64,000 bases of DNA from Klebsormidium nitens. Its lineage: Eukaryota; Plantae; Klebsormidiophyceae. Shown here piece by piece: positions 1-12,700 of this stretch. The notes beneath the pieces are model-generated. The model was given only the letters and a program-made list of their open reading frames with translations, was not told where the DNA came from and did not search any database. The stretch is from NCBI GenBank assembly GCA_000708835.1, contig DF237100.1, positions 108,628-172,627 on the forward strand, given 5' to 3'. A program made the position numbers and the translations under genes. Positions within the stretch are counted from its first letter, which is position 1. The number at the start of each line of letters is the position of its first letter.

Positions 1-1319
1 GGTCAGTGGTGGCGCGCGCCGCGGCCGCGAGGTTTTTCGAGGGCGCCACAGGATTGTGCATGAAATTGCTTGCCTTTTGAAGCAGCAACCATCGACTAAC
101 ATGATCATTGAACTGGATCGAAGCAAAAGCCGTTGCTCTAGTGTACGAGTTCCCAACTTCCGGCAAGGCCCGGCCTAGGCGCCAACTTAAGGGCAGCGCT
201 GTGGGTGAATGGTGACATGATGTTGAATTAGAGAGCTTGGCGGTTGATGGAGCAAACCCGTGGTGCATCATATCATCGCGGACGCGGCCCAGAGATCCTG
301 CAGCAGCTCCTACTGCATCCGGAAAAGCAGGACCGATCCGGCTGACTTCACTTCTGAAATGGAGAATGTCATGCAGGATCATCACCATTGGAATGCCGCG
401 AAACGGAGATGATGCTGATTGTCTTTAGTGATTGGAAAAGTGCCTTTGAAAGCGACAATTTGGTACGGATTGAACCTGCAGTGCCACCTAAGTTGTATGA
501 GCGGAAGGCGCAGGACAAAGGATGACGATACTAGACTAGAAGAGGCTGTGCTCTAAAGTGCAGATGGCATGCCGCTAGCACCCGCCGTCTGATCAGTGAT
601 ACTGAGATTCGGGCTTTCATCATGGGCACACAAGCCATGCTCGTCGGGCAACTGCGTATCAAGCACAACATTGATCTTGGACAGAGAAACTTTGAAAATC
701 CCGCTTGCATCTACTGCACTAAATCAGGTCTCTATTTGTATTGATTACCAGTGAATTGTCAATCTGTAGCGGTTAAAAACTAGACTAAAGCGCGGCTTGC
801 TGTACCTAGGTATCTAGCTAGTGTCTGTTTGGCTAATGCCCACAGATTCTGTGTCGGTTACAAACAGTTGCGGGCGCCTGTCTATCAAACTCAGCCCTTA
901 GCAAAAGCAACGAAAACAATCTGCTGCTACAATGCTTGGCAGCAACCTTTCAATAGGTCTCAAAGAATGGTTCGACCCCCGCTACTCCCAACCCCCGGTC
1001 AGTTGTTCTTGTGATTTACAACTCGCGCTGCCACAACAATCATCTTTGCTTGCTCCCGGGAGGGGCCAGGTCTGCTCTTGATCTATGTGCGCGCACTACA
1101 GTAATCGCTCACTTGAAACCCGTCTCTCTTATGCGGTCCTCCACCTCCATCCCCGCTGGTTGTCAGCTCGCAAACACGCTCGCAGTTGACAGTATACGCA
1201 ACACGCACAACACAAGTTGGGAGACTCATCGCAGCCGCCTACTTACAATCAGTCCGTCAACTTAATGGATAACTTCTACGCTAGTCAGTATTGGGCCCGT
1301 TTCCCTCTATCTTTCCCCT

Positions 1320-4300
1320 CTACCCACCCCACGCCGCCTCCAGCTCGTCCTCGGAGCACTGCGCACGCAGCAGCTCTGCGATCTGCAGCAGGTCGTCTGC
1401 CACATGGCGCGCGCTGGGCCGCTGGCTGGGGTCCACGTGGCAGCAGCGCTCGACGAGCGCCACCAGGTTCCCCCCGTAGGCGTGCACTTCGTTCGGCCAC
1501 GCGAACCAGAAGCCCATGGCCATGTACGCGAGCAGCGCCTGAAGAAAGAAACGGGCGAAAGATGGTAAGAGATGGAAGGGACATCGACTGAGCGGAACAC
1601 TGCCTTTGGCTCGGAAATGTGGTCGTCCGACGAGGACGTCAAGGACGATTCAACCGAGAGTTCCAACCAGTCAAGAGTCGGGGGGGTGCAAATTATTGTT
1701 AACATGGAACAAGCGTATACCAACGTGCACTGATATTGGCTCGAGAAGTTCGATTATGTGGATGGGTGTTCTGATAAGAATCACGGAAACTGCAGTCAAA
1801 CCTTCTCACCAGACCAGAAAGGCTTCGGACATAAGTCTCTCACCCGAGTATCGTGGAAGCCGTAGTGTGGCCGGCTGCCTGTGACGAGGGCCCAGAGCAC
1901 CACTCCCAGGGCGTACACGTCGCTCTCCTTCGTTTGGTAACCGTGGAGGTACACCTCGGGGGAGAGGTACCCCAGGGTGCCGCCCTGCAGAAAACCAGGG
2001 TTAACGAGAAGTTAAGACACACTTCAAGTGTGATTGAAACAGGCTTTCAGAGAAGGAGAAGAGGCATAGGCAGCGGACGCACAAGGCTTGGGCAAAGCTC
2101 AAGCAGGCCGTTTGGCTGTTCGAGCAGATTCGGAAAGGTCCCTCCGTGACGTCACAGGTACATCTCTAACTTATGATCGAAATTTAACATCCCAAGGCAG
2201 ACCCTTCCAGGTAACGAAATTTGAACCGAACCGGAGACTCTCCGAGATTGCGCTCAGAACCTGGAAAGAAGTCGAGTCTCCATCGCATCGGAAGATCAGT
2301 TGTGGGTTTAAAAGCAGAAAAAGCTACAAACGGAAAAGCAAGAGCCTTACCGCCCCCTTGGCAGCAGCCTCGGTCTCGCGCACGGCAATCCCGAAGTCCG
2401 CCAGCACCGCGCGGCGCAGGTCAAAGAGGATGTTCTCGACCTTGAGATCGATGCAGGAGAGGCGGTAGAGGTAGATCAGAGTCAACGACAAGTGCATTTC
2501 ACGTGGATTGTAAGAGGAGACCAGCTTCATGAACAGCAGTCGCAAGTCAGCGCAGATTCAACTTTACAGATGCTCGCCAAATTACACTTTTTTGAAGCGT
2601 GATCTGTTTCTGCAATCATTCAGCGTATTATCATACTCTGCAAATTCCACCAACGTCAGCAATGCCGTTCCATCAGCCGCTACAGCTTTCCCTGCCGAGC
2701 CAACTTCAGACCTATAGCCCAAAAAAGCATTTGCACTTCAGTCTCTGCTAACATCCGACCAAAGCCTTGCACCACTCTCTACAGCACGATCACCGGATCA
2801 AGAGTTTTCTCAAAACCCTCACCCGTGCAGCCATCCAAGATTGTGCATCCCCTCCAGCCCCAGCGCAACCTGGTAGACCATCACGGCGATGTGGTACAGC
2901 TGGGGGGGGGTCCACTGCGCGCCGGCCCCGGGCTGCGTCCAGGCGGGGGAGGGGTCCGCGAGCGCGTATAGCGGGATGAACGTGCCCCGCTGGACGGTGA
3001 AGCCCAGGAGGGGGATCACGTTGGGGCAGGCCTGGAGCTCCACGCAGACCAGGGCCTGGAGAGGAGAGTTGACGAGTCAGCGAGAGACTTGCTGAGGATG
3101 CCAAAAACTGAAACCTGAGAGTTGAAGGACCCTAGCCCGTCACATCTTTGAAGCAGGTGTAGAAGAGAACGTGATGAAGTAAAGGTAAGCTAAGGGCAAA
3201 ATAAAGACTTCAGGAAGCCTCATGATTGCGTCCGACCGAGTCAATTTCGTTTTAAACCCTGACATTCCTAGAACCTAGAAGTAATGAATCTCGAGATCCT
3301 CAATCTCAGCGCCCGACCCTTCGTAAACAGCAACAAGCAACGGGATTGCTGGCTTCCCCTCACCTCTTGCAGCAGGTAGTCCCCCGGAAGGCCTGCCGAC
3401 GGTACCTTTGTTGCAACCGGGAAGCGCCCCCGGTCCGTGCTAAGAACGTCCGCCAGGTATACGGTACCCTGCCCGCCCTGCACGTAAGCCAGAGAAACCA
3501 TCAGCTGCCTTCGTGTCTGCAGATCGCAAGAAAATGAACCTCTAGAACCCTCCGAATGATTGTTCACTGCCAAAAACATCTCCGTCATGCCTTTTCCAGA
3601 GATTCAGGGTTTCCACCTTTTGCCTGCACTTCTTGAAAGCCGAAAGCCTACACAGCACCATCCTCTGTTTTGTATTTGGAGACTGGTGAAGAGCCTATCG
3701 AGGCAGACAGCCAAGAAAGATCATATTCAGAAGGAAAAGGATCTTCAAGTACCAGAAATTTCTTCCCCAGAACTCTGCAGAAGCGAAACAAGGGAAAGGC
3801 CGTGGTCAGAGCTGGAGCAGAGGAGTCTCCCGGCCTTCTTTTGAAACAGGACCTGCTTCTTAATTGTCGTGCTTTCAAGCTAAGATAAAATAGTGATTAG
3901 TCGAGCTTTGAAGGTCTCAGCAGAAAGAAACGTAGTGCTGGCTGCTCACCTTGCCCAGCTCAGTCCCCATCATTACGTGCGGAAAGAACTCGAGGACCCC
4001 AGCCAGGGATGCGTACTGCGGGGGGAAGCGCGAAGCAGTCCTGGCGGCCTGCACGCACAGTGGCAACCTCGATCAGGCTCTATGCACAGATATTCTCATC
4101 ATAATAGTTGCACAGAGGCGAGTACACGTATATTGCAAGCACACCAAGGTTCTAGAGTGCCAGTCCTCGTGCGACGTTGTTGAAGCTCAACACTCACCGA
4201 TGATCTCAAGATGTCAGAATACGAAGGGGTTTGAGTTCTCAGGATTTTGAGCGAAGTCAGACTGTTTTTATGCCGAATGTTTTCATGCCGGATTCAATGG

Positions 4301-6134
4301 AGAATCAAGGGTAAAGGAGAGAGGTGGCGGAGAGCGCACCTCTACCGGATGCTGGTCCTGCGCGACGCTCTCCTCCCTCGGCCCCACCTCCTCCGCACCC
4401 GCTGTCTCCATCAGCACCCCCCTGGGCAGCAGCGCCTCTCCGCAAGACAGCGCCTCTGCCTCGGCCCCCGCTATCTCAGCCACAGCCCTCTCCTCCTCAG
4501 AGGCCGTAACCCCCTCGTCAGCAGCAGGGAGCGGGTCAAAGTCAAACAAGGGGTCGGAGAATAGGGTCCCGTCATCGCTAGGGAGGACGAACGCGTCTGC
4601 GCTGAATAGTCCTCCCTCTGCGGATGACGACCCGCCCCCGCCGCTGCCCCGCTGCTCCTTCTGGGGTTGCGTCGAGTGGGGGGCCGAAGCGGCGGGGGGG
4701 TCTGCGGCCGCCTCGGCGAGGGGCGCGGCAGAGGGTGCCTGTGGAGAGAATGGAATAAGTTGCAGCAACTATATACTGGAAGGGGCTGTAACATGATGTG
4801 AAAGGTAATCCTACGAGATTGTTACTTTGCCAAATGTGTTTGTTCAAGAGCGCATGATGCAGGACTCCCTCATAAGCACAGCTTTAAGAGGTTTCTACTG
4901 ATATGATTGATCCAACTTCTGACCATCAAACAACGGAAGGTGCACAGATTCCTAACTTCAGACCAAGGATGCCTTTCCCTGCGCAAGTGAAGCATGTTTG
5001 AGTTCCGCTTTGAATTCCTAAGCAAGTCAGCCACCATCTCATCTGCACTCCTTGACTACGTTTCTTTACATATCATTTTCTGCTGTCTTTCCTGAAACAA
5101 ACCAGTGCCGTACCTCGTGGTAGCCACCCTCTGCGCAGGAGGCGCCGGGAGACCGATCCTCATCCCCCTCCCGAGCGCCAGAGTCGTCTGCCTCCTCCCC
5201 AATGACAGTGGAGTCCGCCTCCGCCGCGCCGGTGCCCCGCTGCTCCGTCTGGTCGGGCGCAGAGGCAGCGGCGGGGGAGGCGTGAACCACGTCGAGGAGG
5301 GGCTCTGCAGAGGGCGCCTGCAATGGGGAGGTTGTTGCATTCAGAAAGCAGGCCAGATCTATGTAAGACCTCACTAAACACTCCCCTTAGAATGGTCAGA
5401 GGCGGGCCTCGCTGCTGGATTGAACATGGAGAAACCCGCTGAATCTCAACGATGCTGCAGCATTGTCCATGAATCTAAAAGCTACTGCATGCCCGGATTT
5501 GTTTCTTCAGACACCATCGAGGTGGGCAAAAGAGCACAAATGAACAAAGAGAGAGGTTCTTCAGATGCGGAAATCACTGACAAGCAGGACTGTAATATCA
5601 AGCCTGTTGAACAAAATGCACTTGACAACACAACACAAAAACGTTAGTCTGGAAAGGGCGCAGTTGCGGGGAACAACCCTCTCTCTCATTACCCAGCTGC
5701 CGAATGCCAGAAGCTGAACAAATTTGTTCGAGGGTCATCACCTCATGGCAGTCACCCTCTGCGCAAACTGTCCGGGGAGACCCTGCCGCATCCTCCTCCT
5801 CTCGGACACCCTCAGTCACGACCACCAACCTCTCCTCCTCCTCCCTCCCCACCTCTCCCTCCTCCTCCCTCTCCACCTCTCCCTCCTCCTCCTCTCCCTC
5901 CACCAGCCCTGCCACCATCCTCCACTGCCCCTCCGCCTGGGCCTTCTCCTCTGCAGGGAGAAGCGCATCCAGGGCCTCACGGGCAACCCCTGCCAAGAGC
6001 TCCCCTCCAGGAACCTCGCTCAAGCTGGAGCTAAGGACTCCAGCAAAATCACGTGCTCCCTCACAAAAGGTGTGAGCGAAGTGCTCAAGGGGCAGCGCGA
6101 TCGCCTGCTCAAACAGGCTGTAGAGAGACGCCAT
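1320..6134 (-). CDS. Protein kinase (non-RD, HGD type) with acidic low-complexity N-terminus, copy A, ~633 aa, 9 exons; catalytic-exon acceptor reads AT instead of AG, so possibly disabled
   Basis: Exons 6134-5742, 5317-5114, 4738-4340, 4048-3950, 3477-3364, 3055-2823, 2450-2351, 1984-1844 and 1538-1320 join in frame. Motifs: LGKGGQGTV, VATK, HGDLKVEN, DFG, YLSPE, SDVYALG, RPSA. All junctions are GT-AG except the exon 7 acceptor (ctcctgcAT at 2451, vs ctcctgcAG in copy B). Confidence 0.88.
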
Positions 6135-9100
6135 GGTATGGCGCTCTCGAGTGCTGGCTAACAAAACGTGGGGGCAGGGGACTGACGGCGCGATCGTAAA
6201 GCAGGCACACGCTGGAAAGCTGGAAGCTAGGGCGCCTGAAAGCTGGGTTTCTCCAGAGAACTGAAGAATGAGAGATTCTCAGCTCAGATTCGTGCAAAAT
6301 TTTAAATGCAGCTTGCCAGAGCTAGAAATCCCCGTCAGCTTTGCGCATCAGGATCATAGGTAGTATGCTTCAGTCTACAGATGACTTTGGCGCCATATTT
6401 TGCATGGGATCACGTGCTCGCTTGGGCAACCGGCGGCAGTGTACGGCAAGTCAAGAGAGCCAATGGCCGTCCAGATACCCGTCCTTCTCATCGGACGGCT
6501 GCTGAGAGAACCGTGCCTGACGTTTCTGTATGCAAGCACATACTTGACTTGAACGGCCAAGATTGACCCTGCTTATCGGACGGTCGAGACGACCTCGCTT
6601 CAGACCTCTTACTAGGACCTCGCACTCAAGCAAAGTTCAAGTATCGCATTGCGGAACATTGAAGATCAACTGCATAATGGGCTGCACCTGTATTGCACTT
6701 GCGTTACACTCACTCCCACGCCAATGGGAGCTTCGACTATTGTACGTTCGTCATCAAGAGATCGAAGCAGTCCTTGCGCCCAAGCCGGGCCTCTCGTAAT
6801 GTTGCCAGCATCATATACAAGTCATTTTTGATCGTCCTCGTTTGAATGATGAACAAGGAATTTAATTGGCTCATATCCAAGACGACCCGAGCCGCTAACG
6901 TTCATGGATGATAGCAGTGGTTGGCTGTTTGCGCCCGGTGAAATGACCGTCCGGGGCCTGCCACGACGACTATGCGCACATACATGTTGTGCAAATTATG
7001 TTCGATGATTGCAAACCAGCCACAAATATGCAAAACTCCACCGCTGCGACTTGATTTTTCTAGAAGATCGATCACATGCCAATCTGGCTTTTCAAGGCCA
7101 CGCCTGCATTTTTGCAAGTGAGCGTAGAATCTGGGAAAATTGAAGAACGGTCTCGGCTATATATTGTTCTATTGTTCTGAGGAAGAAATGCCGTGCGGGT
7201 AGTCTCGACTTTCACCTCGTTTCGTTCAGACGACACTCAAATGTCCTGCGTGAACGATGGCCACGTGATGACTGATGCGCTCACTGAAATATCAGTGGGC
7301 CCTCACTTGCAACGATTCACGAAAAGCTTGTAGCTTTGCGTAGATATTACTTGTCTGGCTTTGGTTGGATGAACGGAGCGTTTATGCTCAATACATGATA
7401 TTGCGCCTACAGCTGCCATGTTCGCAAAACTCGGATACTGATCATCCACATTTATCATACTCACTTTCTTCCAGAATTGCAAGTGCATATTTTCTTATGA
7501 CGGTTATGCACAATCTGGTCATATAACACTTGAGCTATCTACGGTGGGGGCTATGACGCGTCCCGGTTCCCGTTCCCCGGGGTGTACTGCGGCGGTAGGG
7601 CCCGTCTTCCAACGTGCACGGCGAACTGTCCCAAAGGGCGTCCGAATCGGCATACAAACCGTTGTACGCTGTTCGAGCGTCGTTCGCAACACCTTCGCCT
7701 GGCTCGTCTAGGAACCGGGTGAGAATAATGGTCATGTGAAGCTCTCCCTGCGGGTAAGCAACAAATTCGGATCTCAAAGTAGCAACTTGCTGGTTGTAAA
7801 CAGGGCCGATACAACAGGACCGAAGTTGCACTGGCAATGGCCTAATGACAACCAAAATTTGGAAGCGCTTTCCCAGCGCGCGGTACGGAAGCAATCGTGG
7901 CGCCTCCAAATCTTTGTGTTACCCTTCCTTCGGTATCAGAAGTTATGTGCTTACCTAGCGCCGCCTCTTCTTCAGAATCTCAACGTACAGCCTTTTCAGC
8001 TGACCATTGGTTGTTTCGCCATTCATGATGCTAATCCGTGGAGTTTAGAGACGACAAACGTACCCGGAATTTCTCGTCGATGACCGTTCCGACGATGATG
8101 TCTGCAGCGGGGTGCACGTGACCCGCTACAATCTCCGCAACAGTGGTCATCTGCACAGAGACACAGAGTAGGATCTTCATGGATCTTTCAAATAAAGATC
8201 AATCTTATCATTCTAATCGTTGTAGGTTGCACTGCTAACGAGCATAACTTGAATCTTTGACGAAGCGCTAAGGAGCTGAATGTTCTTATCACCGCTGCGC
8301 TCTTGGGGAGATTCAGACGCAAAAGTCCGTCGAGCACAAGGGAACGCACAGAAATCACAATTTTTCGGCCAAAACGAGCGGCACAATTGGACATCTATCG
8401 TGATGTCCATTTCATTTTATATCAAAAGGCTTGCTTTGCTGGAAATATTCGCGCCCTTACCAGCAACTAAAGTCTGGCTTCTTTGTTACTTAGCCAAAAC
8501 TTCGTCGGCTCTTGTGACGATCCCTCTGTCTCATCGGGTTTAAATCTGCCAGGAAGTACACTTTTCTTCTCAGAGATTGAAACGATGAGAGCGCTTCACC
8601 TCTCGTAAGGTGAGGTCTCTCCCAGATGTCAGGTTGTAGATCACGCCCGTCGGCACGCCCTTGCCCTCCAGGCTCTGCAGCGGCGACCCGAGCGCGCGCG
8701 TCGCGGCGGCGCGCGCGCGGTCCGGGCCGGAGCCCTCGCCGATGCCCAGGATGACGTCACCCGCGTCCTTCATTATAGCCCTGACGTCAGCCAAATCCAC
8801 GTTGACCAGGCCGCGCGTCTGTGGAAGCGGCGTCGAAAAGCCGTCAGGCAGAAGCGCGGAAACTGCTAAATGCAAACGGACTCTAGAATCGGCCGTCACC
8901 GGAACCGCTCGAGTAAGGTCTTTTAAACCACAACAGGCAAACACTTCTCGTCCGCAGTTATCCGATCCTCGCCAAGCACTTTCAAGAAAGCCAGAAAAAA
9001 GTAGGCCGAACGTTTCACTTCGAAGAAGAAAGACAACGTTTCAGAGGCGGGAATATATTAAGAATAGGTAGATTTAGAAGTCCGGCCGAGCTGGACCATA

Positions 9101-9777
9101 AGTAGGGGGATTCGGGTGTGCTCGACGCAGGCACCGGGATGGGAATGCAATCCCTCGAAAAACCAGGGGCAGGGAAGGGCACTTCGCTGCCCAGGAGGAG
9201 CCCGGCGCGGAGAGGGGGGTGAGAGTAGGGGACTGGAGAACCCCCCCGAGACAATACAACGCTTTGTTTAAATGGGCTGCTCTCAACTCAGGGAACATTC
9301 CAAACTGGCAACTGATGAGAATATTATGCCGCTTGCTTGAGCATTCTGAAGAGGAAAGGGTCCGTCACTTACCGTGATGATGTCAGAGATTCCCTGGAAC
9401 CCCTGACGCAGCACCGCGTCGGCCATGCGGAACGCCTCCTCGATAGGAGTCTGTGGACGGAAAATGGGTCGTCAAAACCAATCCTCGACTTGTACTGTGC
9501 TGCAATTTGTTCGTGTTCCTCAATTGGCAGAGAGTTAAGGGAACAATAGGAGATGCCCAAACCAACCATCTGGCTTGTCCTGCTTTGCGGAAAGAACGCC
9601 TCACTTGTACTCTTCTTAAGATCCTCCGGCCGTTGCATGGTACGTGCCATTAAACGAATTGAAATTGACACTTCCTTCTGAAAAGTATAAGGAAGTGACG
9701 GTGTCCGGCAAACCGGGCGCACAAACCTTGTCGGTGATAAGGTCTAGCAGTCGGTCGTTTGGCACCACCACCAGCGC
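1590..9777 (-). repeat. Arm A of a diverged ~8 kb inverted segmental duplication
   Basis: Kinase exons 1-8, its introns and promoter, and FtsZ exons 5-9 recur in the same order, reverse-complemented, at 54595-63100. Boundaries are approximate, from visual alignment. Confidence 0.92.
6375..6600 (-). promoter_or_regulatory. Conserved upstream block of kinase A, with a G-box and ATCGGACGG-like motifs
   Basis: Roughly 80% identical by eye to the reverse complement of 58034-58260. Contains CACGTG near 6411 and ATCGGACGG near 6490 and 6576. Confidence 0.45.
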
Positions 9778-12700
9778 ATCCACGGCCGCGCGCAGCGCCT
9801 CAATACCAGTGCGCACCTGCCAGGGGGGTGGAGAAATACTAGTAAATCAGAAATTGTATCGTTCTTTCTCATCCAAAAGACAGGGGTGCCGGAAGCTTCG
9901 CGATCGGCAATAAACCCTCCTGCCGGTGTTCAATCTGGTTACTGGTACCAGAAAAAGTATCTCGAAGTGAATACGAGTCCAAAGGCTGTGCATTACACCT
10001 TGTTTTGCCTCAGTCGCCCTTCCTGGTATGTTCAAAAAGGCGTATCCGCGTCCGCTTACGATACCTGGCCGCATTTCTGGGTCCGCTGAGCAGAAAGCGT
10101 AAAAAGCGTCAAAAACTTTGGTTCAACTGGTTTACCATAAAGGCGGCACCAGGGGTCCGGAAGCCCCAGAGAAAAGCCTTTTCGAGTCTCTAGATTAGGG
10201 CCAGCTTCCAATCGGGCTTGATATATGAAGTCTCTAAGATTTCGTAGCCAGAAGACAAGTCTGTTGTACGATCTTTGCATCATAATATTTTCTTCAATTC
10301 CTTGCATAAGTTCTCACTCTCAAAGAAAGGGTCAAGCGGCTACAACCCACGTCCAACTATTGAGAGGAAGAAAGAAGCCTCTCCATCAATCTCCTACAGT
10401 TTTCTAAATTCTTTAAGACAAAAGTCGTCGCTTTGTCTCTCAGAAACCTTTTCAAACACCCTGAACTCCGAATCTGCCACAAAGCAAATGTTCCACTTAC
10501 AATTTTGGCGCGCTTGGCTCCTTCAAAAGCGAACGGCTCCGTGACGGTGCCGATCGTCAAGGCCCCCGTTGCTTTTGCTAGTCTGCAGTGGCAGCGAGTA
10601 GATTAGGAACATGCAGTTTGGATGAGGTTTCAAGGTCCTCGTCCCCGCTCACATCAGCAGCCCTTGTACCTATGAGCATCTCATTTTTGGCTGTTTTTCA
10701 TAACCACTCTACCAATCTTCGCCCCCAATATTCCTGATTGGCGCTACGATGTCTACGGATTTCAGATAGCGCTTCCCGCTATCGAAATCCCGACCATCCT
10801 CAGTGAATTCAGCTGTCTTGACCTTCCCGTAAGACTCATCCCCTCGGTACGTACTTGCCGACAATTGGTGCGATGCCGGTGCCGACCCCTCCACCCAGCC
10901 CGGCCGCGATGAAAACTAGATCGGCGCCCTTGACTGCATCCTCCAGCTGCTTGTGGTGCTCCTCCGAAGCCAGCTCGGCCAGCCGGGTGTTGCCGCCGCT
11001 GCCTGCACTCATTAACTCGAGCAAACGCCGAGTTCCCAACAGTTGATACCGCAGAGGATTTTTCAATGTCTGGATTCTGGGCTGGGAATTGGGAGTTCCA
11101 TAACGGTTCCTGAAACGCAAAATTCTCAGGCCGATATTAGATTACGCCTCATCAGTTGATAGTTTCGAAGACTATGTTTCGGTTCAAATATCATTTTTCC
11201 CGGCGAAGTTTTCAAGCGACTGCCCAATGAACAAAGGCTTCTCACTTCGAAGCCAAGAACAGGTTGAGAAATATGAACAGCTGTCAGCGAGCTGGGATGT
11301 AACCTCCAGGCAATCAGGCCGCGTGAGGCAAACGACGCAGTTTATTTCACGAAAACGTTTCCTGTCAAATCATCCGGGAACGTACGGGCAGATTGCCTCA
11401 CCCCCGGGCAGAACAGTGTTTCTGCAAAGGAGCTGAAGCATTGGTGATCATCAGGCGTACCTTTTCCGTGCGTGATGGAGCGCCCGATCTGCATCTTGTG
11501 CTCCGCGTGCGACAGGCGCAGCTGCTGCGCGTCCGTGTTGATCGCCCAGAACGTGACGCCGCCCACGCCGTCTGCGGCATGCAGATGACGTCAGCGATGG
11601 TGTTCAGCGGCAAGGTCTTGACAGCAACGTACAAAAGTAGGGGAGTATTGAGTGGTCTACGCTTCTTTTACCAGCCCGCCGGCGGTCAACTCTCAATATC
11701 AATCTTCGGTACATCTTAAAGCATTCACGTTCTTTCTGGGATACAGTAAAGTATACGAAGGCAGAGGAGTCCTGAAACGCCTCACTCCCTCTCTTGCAAA
11801 ACAGTTTGATGGCCCTGCGAGGGCCCGCAACCATCCGTTCCTCACCTTGAACCATCCTGTCGACAGCATTACAGCCCCCACCGCCGATCCCAATCACTTT
11901 GATAACCGCCCTCCCCGCAAGCGACTCTTCCCGCAACGCCTCCAGATCGCCGCGCGTCTCAAAACCCAAATTTTCAGACCCCTCCCTATGACTTCCGTCG
12001 ACAGACCCGTTCTCTCCTCTAGAGACTTCGCTTCCGCTTGCGATGACTTCCTTTTCGTCGAAACTTTCCTCTAGCGCGGTTTCAATCCCTGCACCAGATT
12101 TCGGGACCCCTTCCGCTTTCTGGGGCGGCGCATCCGGCTGCGGCAAGACGAGCGGGGCGAGGTGGAGCTGTGCAAGTAATGACGTTAGCAAGTGGAGAGC
12201 GCGCGCGTCGTGTTTCAGCGTCTCTGACGTCAGCGCGCTTTCTGTCGCGCGCGCACGCGCTTCGGCTGGCGCCGGTTGACGGATGGACGGCTGACCACTC
12301 GGATTCGCTCCCTTCTCCTCGCCCTCTCCTTTCATCTCTCTATGTGGCTCTTCTTTTCGAACTAGTCCGCCATCTATCTCTGCATTTGCTGTGGATCCGT
12401 TTTCTTCTTCCCGGCTGACTCTTTGAGGCGACGCCGCACTCGCATTAGACTCTCTCTCAGTCGCCTCTACGAAGGCGTTATTCTCCGCTTCCCGGTCATC
12501 GTTACCCGTCCCAGCAGCCTCTATCCCTCCCTCCAAGTCGCTCTCAGGCAGAACCCCATCCGTTTGCGTTTCTGGTTCCAGATCAAGAACCCCCGTCTTC
12601 GACGCCTCATGTAACGCTGAGTCGTCTTTCGAACTAGGCGTTACAGCCTCCCGCCAGGTTTGTCCCAGCTCCGAGCCGCTCAGCTGCGCGTGCAACGGCA

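Noticed and set aside
1-35. GC-rich GGTGGCGCGC/GCGGCCGCG resembling 35420-35460
   Set aside because: Only 9-10 bp matches in GC-rich promoter-like DNA, which is expected by chance.
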